From positions 560,594 to 624,593 of the forward strand of contig CP060228.1 in assembly GCA_023898565.1 (NCBI GenBank): DNA of 64,000 nt, read 5' to 3'. Each line of letters opens with the position of its first letter. Position 1 is the stretch's first letter. The notes beneath the pieces were generated by a model that saw nothing but the letters and a program-made list of their open reading frames with translations, was not told the DNA's origin and did no database searches. Positions 43,730 to 52,652 of this stretch are shown one piece after another. The DNA is from Candidatus Nomurabacteria bacterium (GTDB lineage Bacteria; Patescibacteriota; Minisyncoccia; Phycocordibacterales; UBA918). The position numbers and the translations under genes were made by a program.

Positions 43730-45883
43730 CTACTTGCCTGGCCACTTTGCCACCATGAGCAAGTCGCGGTCTTTTGCAGTCTCTGGAAGGTTCTGCCAGA
43801 TTGCTTCTGTCACAAACGGCATAAATGGATGCAGCATTTTGAGTGAAGAGGTGAGCGCTGTCATGAGGACGTACTGTCGCGCCTGCTTCGCGGCGGCGTC
43901 ATCGCCGTTAATAATTTCTTTTGATTCTTCGAGCACTTTGTCGGCGAGTTCGTGCCAGATGTAGTGGTAGATGTTTTCAGCTGCCAGGTACATTTTATAT
44001 CCTTCAATATCGGCGGTTACACCAGCAACTACTTCATCTAGGTTAGCTAAGATTTCTGAATCACGCTCGCTCAAGGCAGGCTCTTGGCTCGCGTCGTAGT
44101 CGCTACAGCTGGTGAGAATGAAGCGGGTGATATTCCAAACCTTATTAGAGAATTTTTTATACGCGCGTACCTTGTCTTCTGAGAGAGGCATGTCGCTGCC
44201 TGGTGGATTGGCTACCACAAACGCCATGCGGGTGGCGTCGGTACCAAACTGGTCGCCAAGGTCAATTGGTGAGAGGACGTTACCTTTGCTCTTGCTCATC
44301 TTCTTGCCGTGCTTGTCGAGCACCATGCCGTGGAAGTAGACGTCTTTAAATGGAGTCTCTTCGGTGAGATAGAGGCCGAACATCAGCATGCGTGGTACCC
44401 ACTTAAATACCAAGTCAGCACCAGTTTCCATGACATTAGTTGGGTAGTAGGTTTTGAAGTCGTCTTTTTCTGGGTATCCAAGAGTCACGAGTGGCCACTG
44501 GCCACTACTAAACCACGTATCAAAGGTATCTGGATCTTGTTCCCATCCTTCGCCCGGGGAGTCCATTTGTACTTTTACTTCTTCGCCCTTAAACCAAGCT
44601 GGAATACGCATGCCCCATACAATCTGACGAGAAATGTTCCAGTCTTGTGGGTTGCTCATCCAGTGACGGAAAATCTTTTCGTGACGTTCCGTAAGAATAT
44701 TGAATTTCTTGGCATCAAGCGCGTCGAGAGTCATCTTAGCCAGAGTATCCATTTTCACAAACCACTGGTCTTTCACTTGTGGTTCTACCACCACACCAGT
44801 GCGCTCACAGAGGCGTACGGCGTGCGTGTAGTTTTCGTCGATTTCGACTAGGAGACCTTTTTCTTTGAGTTTCTCAACAATCAGTGGGCGAGCAGCTTCA
44901 ATCTTCATGCCGGCAAATTCACCAGCTACCGGGAGCAGTTTGCCATCCCAGTCGATGATTTGTTCAAGCGGGAGATTGTACTTTTGCGCAAGTTCAAAGT
45001 CGACTTGGCTGTGCCATGGGGTGATAGTCATGGCACCTGAGCCCTTTTCCATGTCGGCTACTTCATCTTTAAGGAGAGTGGCTTTGGTTGGTCCGTTAAT
45101 CCACTCAAGTTCGAATTCTTGAAGGTGTTCATACTGTGCGTAGCGAGGGTCGTCAGGGTGTACCACAATGTATTTATCGCTAAACTTTGTTTCAGGGCGA
45201 GCGGTACCAATGACGAACGGTCCGTACTGGAAGTAGTAGAATTTATCCTTACGGTCTTCAAACATGGTCTCAATATCTGAGAGGGAAGTTTTGAATTTTG
45301 GATTCCAATGAATACAGCGCTTGCCGCGGTAAATGAGTCCATCCTCATACATTTTGACGAAGGTCTTCTGCACGCGCTCAACGACATCAGGCTGGAGGGT
45401 AAAGGTGTTGCGAGACCAGTCGCATGACACACCAAGTGAGCGTAGGTCTTCTTCCATGACACCTTTGTTTTGCATAACGAAATCGTAGATTTCGTTATAG
45501 AGCTCGTCGCGCTCCATACCGAAGCGTGAGCGACCTTCTTTTTGGAGCTTCTTTTCAAATACCCCTTGGGTTTCAAAACCGGCGTGGTCTGAGCCGGGGA
45601 GGAGGAGGGTACGCTTGCCACGCATGCGATTGAAGCGGATGAGAATATCCTTCAATGTCATGTCGGTACCGTGACCGGCATGGAGGCGGCCGTTGGCGTT
45701 TGGTGGTGGCATGATGATGCTGTAGGTGTCTGCGTCGGCGGTCGCAATCCCGTCTTTCACGCAGTTGTCAGGATTGAAATAGCCTGAAGACTCCCACTGC
45801 GCATAGGTCTCCTTCTCGTGTTTAGTATGATCGTACGGAGACAAAAAAATCTCCGGAATTTGTGGTGTGTTCTTTTCCTCCAT
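43730..45883 (-). CDS. valS: Valine--tRNA ligase, compact form lacking the long C-terminal coiled coil
   Basis: PPPNANGRLHAGHG ... LPGSDHAGFETQ ... KMSKSKGNV class-I motifs matching ValS. Confidence 0.8.
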   Translation of the reverse strand: MEEKNTPQIPEIFLSPYDHTKHEKETYAQWESSGYFNPDNCVKDGIATADADTYSIIMPPPNANGRLHAGHGTDMTLKDILIRFNRMRGKRTLLLPGSDHAGFETQGVFEKKLQKEGRSRFGMERDELYNEIYDFVMQNKGVMEEDLRSLGVSCDWSRNTFTLQPDVVERVQKTFVKMYEDGLIYRGKRCIHWNPKFKTSLSDIETMFEDRKDKFYYFQYGPFVIGTARPETKFSDKYIVVHPDDPRYAQYEHLQEFELEWINGPTKATLLKDEVADMEKGSGAMTITPWHSQVDFELAQKYNLPLEQIIDWDGKLLPVAGEFAGMKIEAARPLIVEKLKEKGLLVEIDENYTHAVRLCERTGVVVEPQVKDQWFVKMDTLAKMTLDALDAKKFNILTERHEKIFRHWMSNPQDWNISRQIVWGMRIPAWFKGEEVKVQMDSPGEGWEQDPDTFDTWFSSGQWPLVTLGYPEKDDFKTYYPTNVMETGADLVFKWVPRMLMFGLYLTEETPFKDVYFHGMVLDKHGKKMSKSKGNVLSPIDLGDQFGTDATRMAFVVANPPGSDMPLSEDKVRAYKKFSNKVWNITRFILTSCSDYDASQEPALSERDSEILANLDEVVAGVTADIEGYKMYLAAENIYHYIWHELADKVLEESKEIINGDDAAAKQARQYVLMTALTSSLKMLHPFMPFVTEAIWQNLPETAKDRDLLMVAKWPGK

Positions 45884-45931
45884 AAATAAAAATAAACGCC
45901 TAAAATAGCCTTATACATAGGGGATAGTAGC

Positions 45932-46531
45932 ATGAAACACTGCCTTGAAAAAGCTCTGCAAGTAGTGCATCGTAGAAGGGTGAGTGAAATTATTCTCTAT
46001 CCGACTGAGACGGTCTATGGACTTGGAGTGCACGCTTTTGATGCTGAAGCATGGCGTGATTTATGCGTGCTCAAAGGGCGCTCGGAAGCACAGCGTGCGA
46101 GCTGGCTCGTGCGTGACATGTCGGACATTGAGCGGTTGGCAGTGGTAGCGCCTGCTGCGCGTGAGCTTGCACAGCAGTATTTGCCCGGCCCACTTACCTT
46201 AGTGCTTCAGGCAAAAGATACGGTGCCGGCACACTGCGTGGCAGCAGATGGTACGGTGAGTTTTCGGATTTCGTCGGATGGTGTGGCGGCAGCCCTCATC
46301 GCGGACTATATGGAAAGGAGTGGTGGGGTGCCGCTTACGTGCACCAGCGCCAACGTGCACGGGCTGCCGCCACAAACCACCCCAACGGAAATCTTGTTGC
46401 AATTTGGTGATCGAGCAACAATGATTACGCAGGTAATTGATGGCGGAAAACGAAGTGGCCAGGCTTCAACCGTAGTGCGTTGCGTGGGAGAGGATGTCTC
46501 TATACTGCGACAAGGCGTGATTGCGGTGTAG
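45932..46531 (+). CDS. tsaC: L-threonylcarbamoyladenylate synthase (TsaC/YrdC family)
   Basis: YrdC-domain motifs (PTETVYGLG, LTLVL, SANVHG). Confidence 0.75.
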   Translation: MKHCLEKALQVVHRRRVSEIILYPTETVYGLGVHAFDAEAWRDLCVLKGRSEAQRASWLVRDMSDIERLAVVAPAARELAQQYLPGPLTLVLQAKDTVPAHCVAADGTVSFRISSDGVAAALIADYMERSGGVPLTCTSANVHGLPPQTTPTEILLQFGDRATMITQVIDGGKRSGQASTVVRCVGEDVSILRQGVIAV

Positions 46532-46541
46532 TTCAAAATGG

Positions 46542-49484
46542 CTACTGCCAGAATGACAAACTTCCGCCAAAGTTGCGCAGCCAATTAGTGAAGCGTCCCA
46601 ACATGTTCGCTGGCAAGAGCGACGCACTGCGGTATTGAATGGTGGTGGTTTGTGTTGACCAATTTATTTTGTCGCCAAGAAGAATCATTTTACGTTGTGT
46701 AACAACAGTTGGCTTTTTTGTCGCTACAGTATTGTTCACCCTTACATCTCCAGCTGGCAATGGTGAGCTATTAGGTACGGCAGTATTCGCAACTGGTTTT
46801 GCTGATGAGGCTGTGCTATCTCGATAGTGGGCTATTTCTGCAATTTGTTCAGTACTGAGCGGAAAGGTGATGGTGTTGGCACAGTATATCTCATTGATTT
46901 GTTTCTGGGTGGTGTAGTACACGTATCCCGTCGGATCAGTGATTCCCCATGGTATGAGTATGGTGGCACGATGTCTTCGCTGAAAATCGCGTACGGCTCG
47001 TTCGGTCGCTTGATCAAAGTGGCCAGTAGGAACGAGGCTTGTGTCAATCTGCTCTTGCAAAAATCGTTGCAGCTTCAGTACCTCGGTCGGGTCATTGTTT
47101 GCTCCGGCGCGAAGGTAGTCTTGTAGATATGGTTCACAGCTGGCGCTAGTAGAGATACCGAGTACTTGTGGCTGCGCTCCAGTGATTTTGATAGGTGTCG
47201 TAGCAATTTCAGAATCGTACTCCTGCATAAATTGCGCCTTTCTATTTTTATGGTACCCAAGCACTTGCGCGCTGTTGGTGTACGTACCGGGACCAATTTC
47301 GCTGTCGAAGGTAATTTCATAGGTAACCGTGATAGTCTCGTCAGCATCAATCGTGTAGAGTGGCCAGTTTTGGTCCAGCACAATACCATCTGCTTCATCG
47401 TAAAGTGTGTCGTACAAAATGCCGTTAAAGACCGGTCCTCCGTGGTTCGTAATGGCTACTTCGTACTCGACAGTATCACCAGGGAGAATGATTTCTTTGT
47501 TAGCAGTTTTGGTGATTTCAATATCGGCATTTCGAGTAATATCATTGGCGCCAAAACCGTTGCTATTAGAGTGCCCCCGAGTGATATTTTCAGCAATAAC
47601 GGTTACCACTTCTTCATTATTGGCGTGATTTTCGTCAGGCTCAGCGCTGGTAATAGAGGCGGTTAGATTAATAGGGAACGAACCGTTTGGGAGTGTGTCT
47701 GTCACACGCGCAGCGTAGGTGAGTTCGACCATCTCACCTGGTTCAATGGTGCCGAGGGAAATATTTTGTAGCGGAGTATTAAGTTGAATCAGGCTACTGT
47801 CTAGGACGCCGTTTAAAACCACATTGTTGGCAGCGCTGTCGCCAAGATTGCTGACAGTGAAGGTGTATTCAATCGCGGCGCCAGACCCAGTGTTGCCGCC
47901 GATGGCACTGGCTGTTCCGCCAATCCAAAGATCAGGTTGGCCAAATGAAAGATTGCCCATCCAATCGCCAAAAATATCAAAGATAAGGAGCGACCAGTTG
48001 CGACCAAGGATGTTGGTGTTTGCGATGTTGGTGATGTTGGTAGTGGCGTAGGCGTCACCAGTTTCGATGTGGCTGAGACTATCACCAGAAGTGCTGTTGC
48101 CACCGGTGGATGCGCTGACCGAAACGTTGTTTTCAATATCGGCAATGTTCACAATGTCGGCCGATATGCCACGGGTGGCGGGGGTGGTTTGGCCACCAGT
48201 ATTAGTGATCGCGATGCCCCCGGGAGTCGCAAACCAGCTGAGGTTGTCTGGCAATCCGAAGACCGAACCGTTCCAGTCGCCATGGATACGGAAGAGCATG
48301 ACAAACGAATCGTCATTAACCACGTTAGTATTCACTTGATTGTATACGTTGGTGTAGGTGGTGGCGTCGCCGGTGTCAATGTAGCCACCGCTGGTGGAGG
48401 CAGTCGAAGACGCGGCGTTGCCTCCGGTGTTGGCGGTGGTGGTTACGTGATTTTCAATCGTGGCTTGATTGTCTGCCTGATAGGCGAGCGCGCTGACGCC
48501 GCTCGTGTATTGAAAGAGTTTTTCGAGCAATGATTTGTTTGGCAGGACGATGTCGCCAAGTAGGTCACCGAAGTTACTGAACGAAAGCACAAGGTAGTTG
48601 GCATCAATAATATTGGTGTTGGTCACGTTGGTCACGTTGGCGCCGGCGTAGGCGTCGCCAGTGATGATCGCTGCGCCACTGCCGCTGGCGTGATTCCCAC
48701 CAGTGTTGGCGCTCACAGTGACGGTGCTGGAGGTGGTGCTGTAGTTGTTGAGGAGATACTGCTCAAGACTTGCTCCATCGCAACCATCAGAGCTACAGCG
48801 GCCGGTGCTGGTGTCGGAGAACACATCAAACATATCTCGAATGTCGACGGTACCTGCGCCAAATAGCTGATTGATAAAGGCAATGAAGCCAGTGGAGTTG
48901 ATGATGTTTGTGTTGGTGAGGTTAACGACATTGGCGTAGGCATAGGCATCGCCAGTCACGATAGCGCTCGGGCCATCACCCGCTGCCGTGTTGCCGCCAG
49001 TGTTGGCACTGGTGGTGGCGTTGTTTGTGGTGGTGGCATGGTTATCTATGGCGATGGTTGAGCTCGCTACTGCATCGGTCGATGTGGCGGTGGAGCTGGC
49101 GTCAAGGGCATGAAGGGGAGTGGTGGTAGGAGTTGAACTAGCGGTTGGTACGAGGCTGTCTTCAGTGGAAGAAGCTATTTCGGTGTCACCTTCGCTGCTG
49201 GTGCTACTTGCGGTGTTAGCAGCTTGGCCAGCGGCTTGTTCAGTGCTGGTGGCAGTACCTTCAGTATCAATCTTGTTGGTGTTACTGGTGATGACTGTGT
49301 CACTAATCGCTACGGCGTCGCCGGTGTCCACAATCGCATCTGGTGTTAGTTCGACTGGTTCGGCCGTTTGCGCTAGGGCGGTCGCTCCTGGCGAGAGAGT
49401 TAGAATCATGCCACAAATCAGCAGACCGCTGACTGCACGAGTAAAGTGCTTGGATGGCTTAAAAAAGTTGTTCCACATACGCAT
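46542..49484 (-). CDS. Large secreted repeat protein: four approximately 78-aa repeats (ANTGGN..G....I.TGDAYA..NV.N.TNTNI...F..FGDW.G), then CARDB-like region and C-terminal peptidoglycan-binding domain
   Basis: Signal peptide; internal repeats; PG_binding_1-like LKLQRFLQEQIDTSLVPTGHFDQATERAVRDFQRRH; longest ORF extends to 49547. Confidence 0.7.
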   Translation of the reverse strand: MRMWNNFFKPSKHFTRAVSGLLICGMILTLSPGATALAQTAEPVELTPDAIVDTGDAVAISDTVITSNTNKIDTEGTATSTEQAAGQAANTASSTSSEGDTEIASSTEDSLVPTASSTPTTTPLHALDASSTATSTDAVASSTIAIDNHATTTNNATTSANTGGNTAAGDGPSAIVTGDAYAYANVVNLTNTNIINSTGFIAFINQLFGAGTVDIRDMFDVFSDTSTGRCSSDGCDGASLEQYLLNNYSTTSSTVTVSANTGGNHASGSGAAIITGDAYAGANVTNVTNTNIIDANYLVLSFSNFGDLLGDIVLPNKSLLEKLFQYTSGVSALAYQADNQATIENHVTTTANTGGNAASSTASTSGGYIDTGDATTYTNVYNQVNTNVVNDDSFVMLFRIHGDWNGSVFGLPDNLSWFATPGGIAITNTGGQTTPATRGISADIVNIADIENNVSVSASTGGNSTSGDSLSHIETGDAYATTNITNIANTNILGRNWSLLIFDIFGDWMGNLSFGQPDLWIGGTASAIGGNTGSGAAIEYTFTVSNLGDSAANNVVLNGVLDSSLIQLNTPLQNISLGTIEPGEMVELTYAARVTDTLPNGSFPINLTASITSAEPDENHANNEEVVTVIAENITRGHSNSNGFGANDITRNADIEITKTANKEIILPGDTVEYEVAITNHGGPVFNGILYDTLYDEADGIVLDQNWPLYTIDADETITVTYEITFDSEIGPGTYTNSAQVLGYHKNRKAQFMQEYDSEIATTPIKITGAQPQVLGISTSASCEPYLQDYLRAGANNDPTEVLKLQRFLQEQIDTSLVPTGHFDQATERAVRDFQRRHRATILIPWGITDPTGYVYYTTQKQINEIYCANTITFPLSTEQIAEIAHYRDSTASSAKPVANTAVPNSSPLPAGDVRVNNTVATKKPTVVTQRKMILLGDKINWSTQTTTIQYRSASLLPANMLGRFTNWLRNFGGSLSFWQ

Positions 49485-49887
49485 GTAAATAATTAAGCAG
49501 AGCCTCAAGCTGTGACCAGAGCTCAGCTGGTGTGGTTGAGGTTGCAAAGGCGGAGGGGAGCTTTGTGGATGTCTGGTCTAATGAAAACGTGCTGCTGGAG
49601 GTGGTACCAGACGTGGAGCGCACGATACTGGTCTGCGTGGTTACTGTGCCACCAGTGGTGGTAGCGAAATGGTACGACGATCTCTCCCCGTTAATAACCG
49701 TCGTCTGTGACATCTCCACACTGCTCACGCCGCCGGTGTCGACATGCGCGCTGGTTATAATCTCAGTAACACTGCTGCTTTGAGATGCTGCAAACAGCGG
49801 CTCTGGGAAGCAGAGTATGATACCGAGTAATAGTGTGTACCCGAGTCGGGTATTGGTGTGGAATGGTTTCATATCCTTCATGCCCAA
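49459..49887 (-). CDS. Secreted Thr/Ser-rich protein (142 aa)
   Basis: Signal peptide; TGGV...TGGT motifs; overlaps start of the downstream large gene. Confidence 0.5.
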   Translation of the reverse strand: MGMKDMKPFHTNTRLGYTLLLGIILCFPEPLFAASQSSSVTEIITSAHVDTGGVSSVEMSQTTVINGERSSYHFATTTGGTVTTQTSIVRSTSGTTSSSTFSLDQTSTKLPSAFATSTTPAELWSQLEALLNYLHAYVEQLF

Positions 49888-49953
49888 ACTTCGATATGAG
49901 AGCTCAAAGTCTGGGCAAAAGGAGCGAGGCTCCCTTTGCGTTAGGGCGTGTGC

Positions 49954-51126
49954 TTAGCGCACAAGCACGCGCACACGATTAACGATGTTGGTTAGTTCTG
50001 AGCGAGTGTCAGCAGCGCCAGTGAGCACTGAGCCACCATCCGAACTCGTACCACCGTTACCACCACTACCAGTGGTAGCGTCATCTACCTCTTGATCGGC
50101 GTTATCATCGCCGTCACCTCCTTCATTCTCAATATCACCACCGTTACCACCGCTTCCGGCGTAGCTACCATCAGCGTAGTTATCACCAGTGTCGGCCTTG
50201 GTGCGGATACTGTTCATGAGGAAGGCGGAGTCGCGAAGATGGACGCGAATTCGATTGAGGCTCGAAGTGGCGTCGCAGCCACAGTTATCTACAGTAACCG
50301 TAGCCGAATTTACGTCGTTGCCGACGGTGCTTTCAGCAGTCGCATCACCCGTCTGCACCGCACCACCAAAGCCACTGTTACCACCGGTACCACCGTTACC
50401 AGTGGTAGCCCCTTCAACATCTTGCTCACCATACTCATTCTCAATATCACCACCGTTACCGCCGTCACCGGCGTAACTACCATCAGCCGAGTTGTCTCCA
50501 GTGTCGGCTTTGGTCTCGACGTGGTTCATGACCATGGCGTCACCGTGGAGTGAGATGTGGACACTAGTCGGTTTTTGTGGTTTTGGTTCTGGGCAGGTCT
50601 CATCGTAATCAGCGGTAAAGGAGTCAACATCGAAACCGTCAGAGGTATCGTTGTGTAAGCTAGAGTCTGTGGTGTCTACAACACGCACATACTGATAGCA
50701 CTCTTCAACACGGAGCTCTGACGCGCCGTCACCGTCACCTTCTTCGTTGGTGGCCTCACCAACGAAGGTCCACGGTCCAGCCGGGTTGGTGCTGACATAG
50801 ACGTCAGCAGTTTCGAGTGGATAGACACCGCCGGTCACTTCCTGCACGGTGAGAAGGAGATTCCCGCTCATGTTCTGTGCAAAGCCGACGACGAGTTCAC
50901 CGCCGTAGCCGAGCGACACAAACGATCCGTCAGCGACGCCAAGAGCGGCGCTTGGATCAGAGCGAGCGGGGGCAACCACAGCCCCGTTTTTTTGAAGTCC
51001 TTGGCTGAAGGACTCATTGCTACTCGCGTTATCGGTAGCAGCAAACGCAAGGGTTGCGCTCACAAAGAACAAAGAGAGGATCAGTGCGAGCAAGCTAATT
51101 CGTTGTAAAATTGATGCGTACGTCAT
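49954..51126 (-). CDS. Secreted repeat protein (390 aa), paralogue of 51261..51998
   Basis: Signal peptide; ADTGDN.ADGSYAG.GGNGGDIENE repeats; C-terminal 177 aa nearly identical to paralogue. Confidence 0.7.
   Translation of the reverse strand: MTYASILQRISLLALILSLFFVSATLAFAATDNASSNESFSQGLQKNGAVVAPARSDPSAALGVADGSFVSLGYGGELVVGFAQNMSGNLLLTVQEVTGGVYPLETADVYVSTNPAGPWTFVGEATNEEGDGDGASELRVEECYQYVRVVDTTDSSLHNDTSDGFDVDSFTADYDETCPEPKPQKPTSVHISLHGDAMVMNHVETKADTGDNSADGSYAGDGGNGGDIENEYGEQDVEGATTGNGGTGGNSGFGGAVQTGDATAESTVGNDVNSATVTVDNCGCDATSSLNRIRVHLRDSAFLMNSIRTKADTGDNYADGSYAGSGGNGGDIENEGGDGDDNADQEVDDATTGSGGNGGTSSDGGSVLTGAADTRSELTNIVNRVRVLVR
50011..50541. repeat. 531-bp near-identical direct repeat, copy A (copy B at 51321-51851)
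   Basis: Only a handful of mismatches across 531 bp; covers the 3' halves of the two paralogous genes. Confidence 0.9.
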
Positions 51127-51260
51127 ATGTAATGATGATTTAAACTGGTTAATAAAGATATATAGAACCCTTTATTAAGACCTTGTCATCGACTGTGGTG
51201 ACCAGATCTTAAGTAAGGGGAAGAGAAGTGTCTCTTCACACCCTACTTAGCACTAATCAA

Positions 51261-51998
51261 TTAGCCGCGAACGCGAACGAGTCGGCTGTTTACCAAGTTG
51301 ACGAGATTGGTGCGTGAGGTAGCAGCTCCAGTGAGCACTGAGCCACCATCCGAACTCGTACCACCGTTACCACCACTACCAGTGGTAGCGTCATCTACCT
51401 CTTGATCGGCGTTATCATCGCCGTCACCTCCTTCATTCTCAATATCACCACCGTTACCACCGCTTCCGGCGTAGCTACCATCAGCGTAGTTGTCGCCAGT
51501 GTCGGCCTTGGTGCGGATACTGTTCATGAGGAAGGCGGAGTCGCGAAGATGGACGCGAATTCGATTGAGGCTCGAAGTGGCGTCGCAGCCACAGTTATCT
51601 ACAGTAACCGTAGCCGAATTTACGTCGTTGCCGACGGTGCTTTCAGCAGTCGCATCACCCGTCTGCACCGCACCACCAAAGCCACTGTTACCACCGGTAC
51701 CACCGTTACCAGTGGTAGCCCCTTCAACATCTTGCTCACCATACTCATTCTCAATATCACCACCGTTACCGCCGTCACCGGCGTAACTACCATCAGCCGA
51801 GTTGTCTCCAGTGTCGGCTTTTGCCTCGACGTGGTTCATGACCATGGCGTGGCTAGCGATAGAGATTTCTACGCCAGAATGAAAATTGTGATAGCCTTCT
51901 TCATTCGCGTACGCAACTTGGGTTGCAAAGAAAGCTGCAACCATGAGTGCTGCGGCAGCAAGTGCGCCGCTCACCACTCGTGTATATGTAGTCGTCAT
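51261..51998 (-). CDS. Secreted repeat protein (245 aa), paralogue of 49954..51126
   Basis: Signal peptide; same repeat motifs. Confidence 0.7.
   Translation of the reverse strand: MTTTYTRVVSGALAAAALMVAAFFATQVAYANEEGYHNFHSGVEISIASHAMVMNHVEAKADTGDNSADGSYAGDGGNGGDIENEYGEQDVEGATTGNGGTGGNSGFGGAVQTGDATAESTVGNDVNSATVTVDNCGCDATSSLNRIRVHLRDSAFLMNSIRTKADTGDNYADGSYAGSGGNGGDIENEGGDGDDNADQEVDDATTGSGGNGGTSSDGGSVLTGAATSRTNLVNLVNSRLVRVRG
51321..51851. repeat. 531-bp near-identical direct repeat, copy B
   Basis: See copy A. Confidence 0.9.
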
Positions 51999-52332
51999 AA
52001 AAATATGTTGTTATGCCCGATAAATAACTCGGCCAATTTCTTCGATAGTAAAAATAGAGTGAGGAAATAGGTCGATCGGTGAACGGTACAGGCTGTACTG
52101 TTCACAGACGGGGACAGGTGGAGGTCCGTCCTGGTCCGTGGGCGGTACTACGGAGACTTTTAAAGAGGGAAGTCGGTCGTAGCGGTGCGGTAAGAATGTA
52201 AAAACCTGCGTGAATACGCAGGAATAAGTAGCTACAGTATAAGCAAGCTAGCGGTGGAGGTCTGTTGAGTTGTTACGTTGAGGTAAGTCATACGAAACCA
52301 ATCAACTCGGTTTCCCCTCCAAGTATCAATCA

Positions 52333-52360
52333 ATGATAAACCTGCCTCTGAAACTGTCAA
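52333..52360 (-). promoter_or_regulatory. Minus-strand sigma-70 promoter TTGACA-16-TATCAT inside the 650-bp intergenic region
   Basis: -35 rc of 52355-52360, -10 rc of 52333-52338; about 115 nt upstream of a hairpin+T-run (rc of 52210-52236). Confidence 0.45.
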
Positions 52361-52652
52361 TCGTATTTCGGTAATCAAGTACACTTATCTACCATAGTCA
52401 AGTAGTAGATGTGGAAAACTTTTACCTGTTTTGCGTACAGAAAAGTACGTGGTTGAGTGTTGGTTGTATTACCGCCCAGAGTGGATCAGCGAACCTGGGA
52501 AAAGCACCCGGTATTGTATTGTCCGGGTGAAGGTTCGCTGATCCACTCTGGGCAGTCCGTTGAAGAGAGCAGACAGAAAAACACTGTAGTACAGTTCTGT
52601 CTTGTTATATACTCGTTTCAAGGGCGCTGCAAGTGGTCTTGTGTTGCTAGGT

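Noticed and set aside
50092-52070. Plus-strand ORFs 50092-50553, 50189-50476, 51402-52070, 51490-51786
   Set aside because: They are antisense to the well-supported secreted-protein genes and duplicated only because they lie on the 531-bp repeat. They have low-complexity T/V/S-rich translations.
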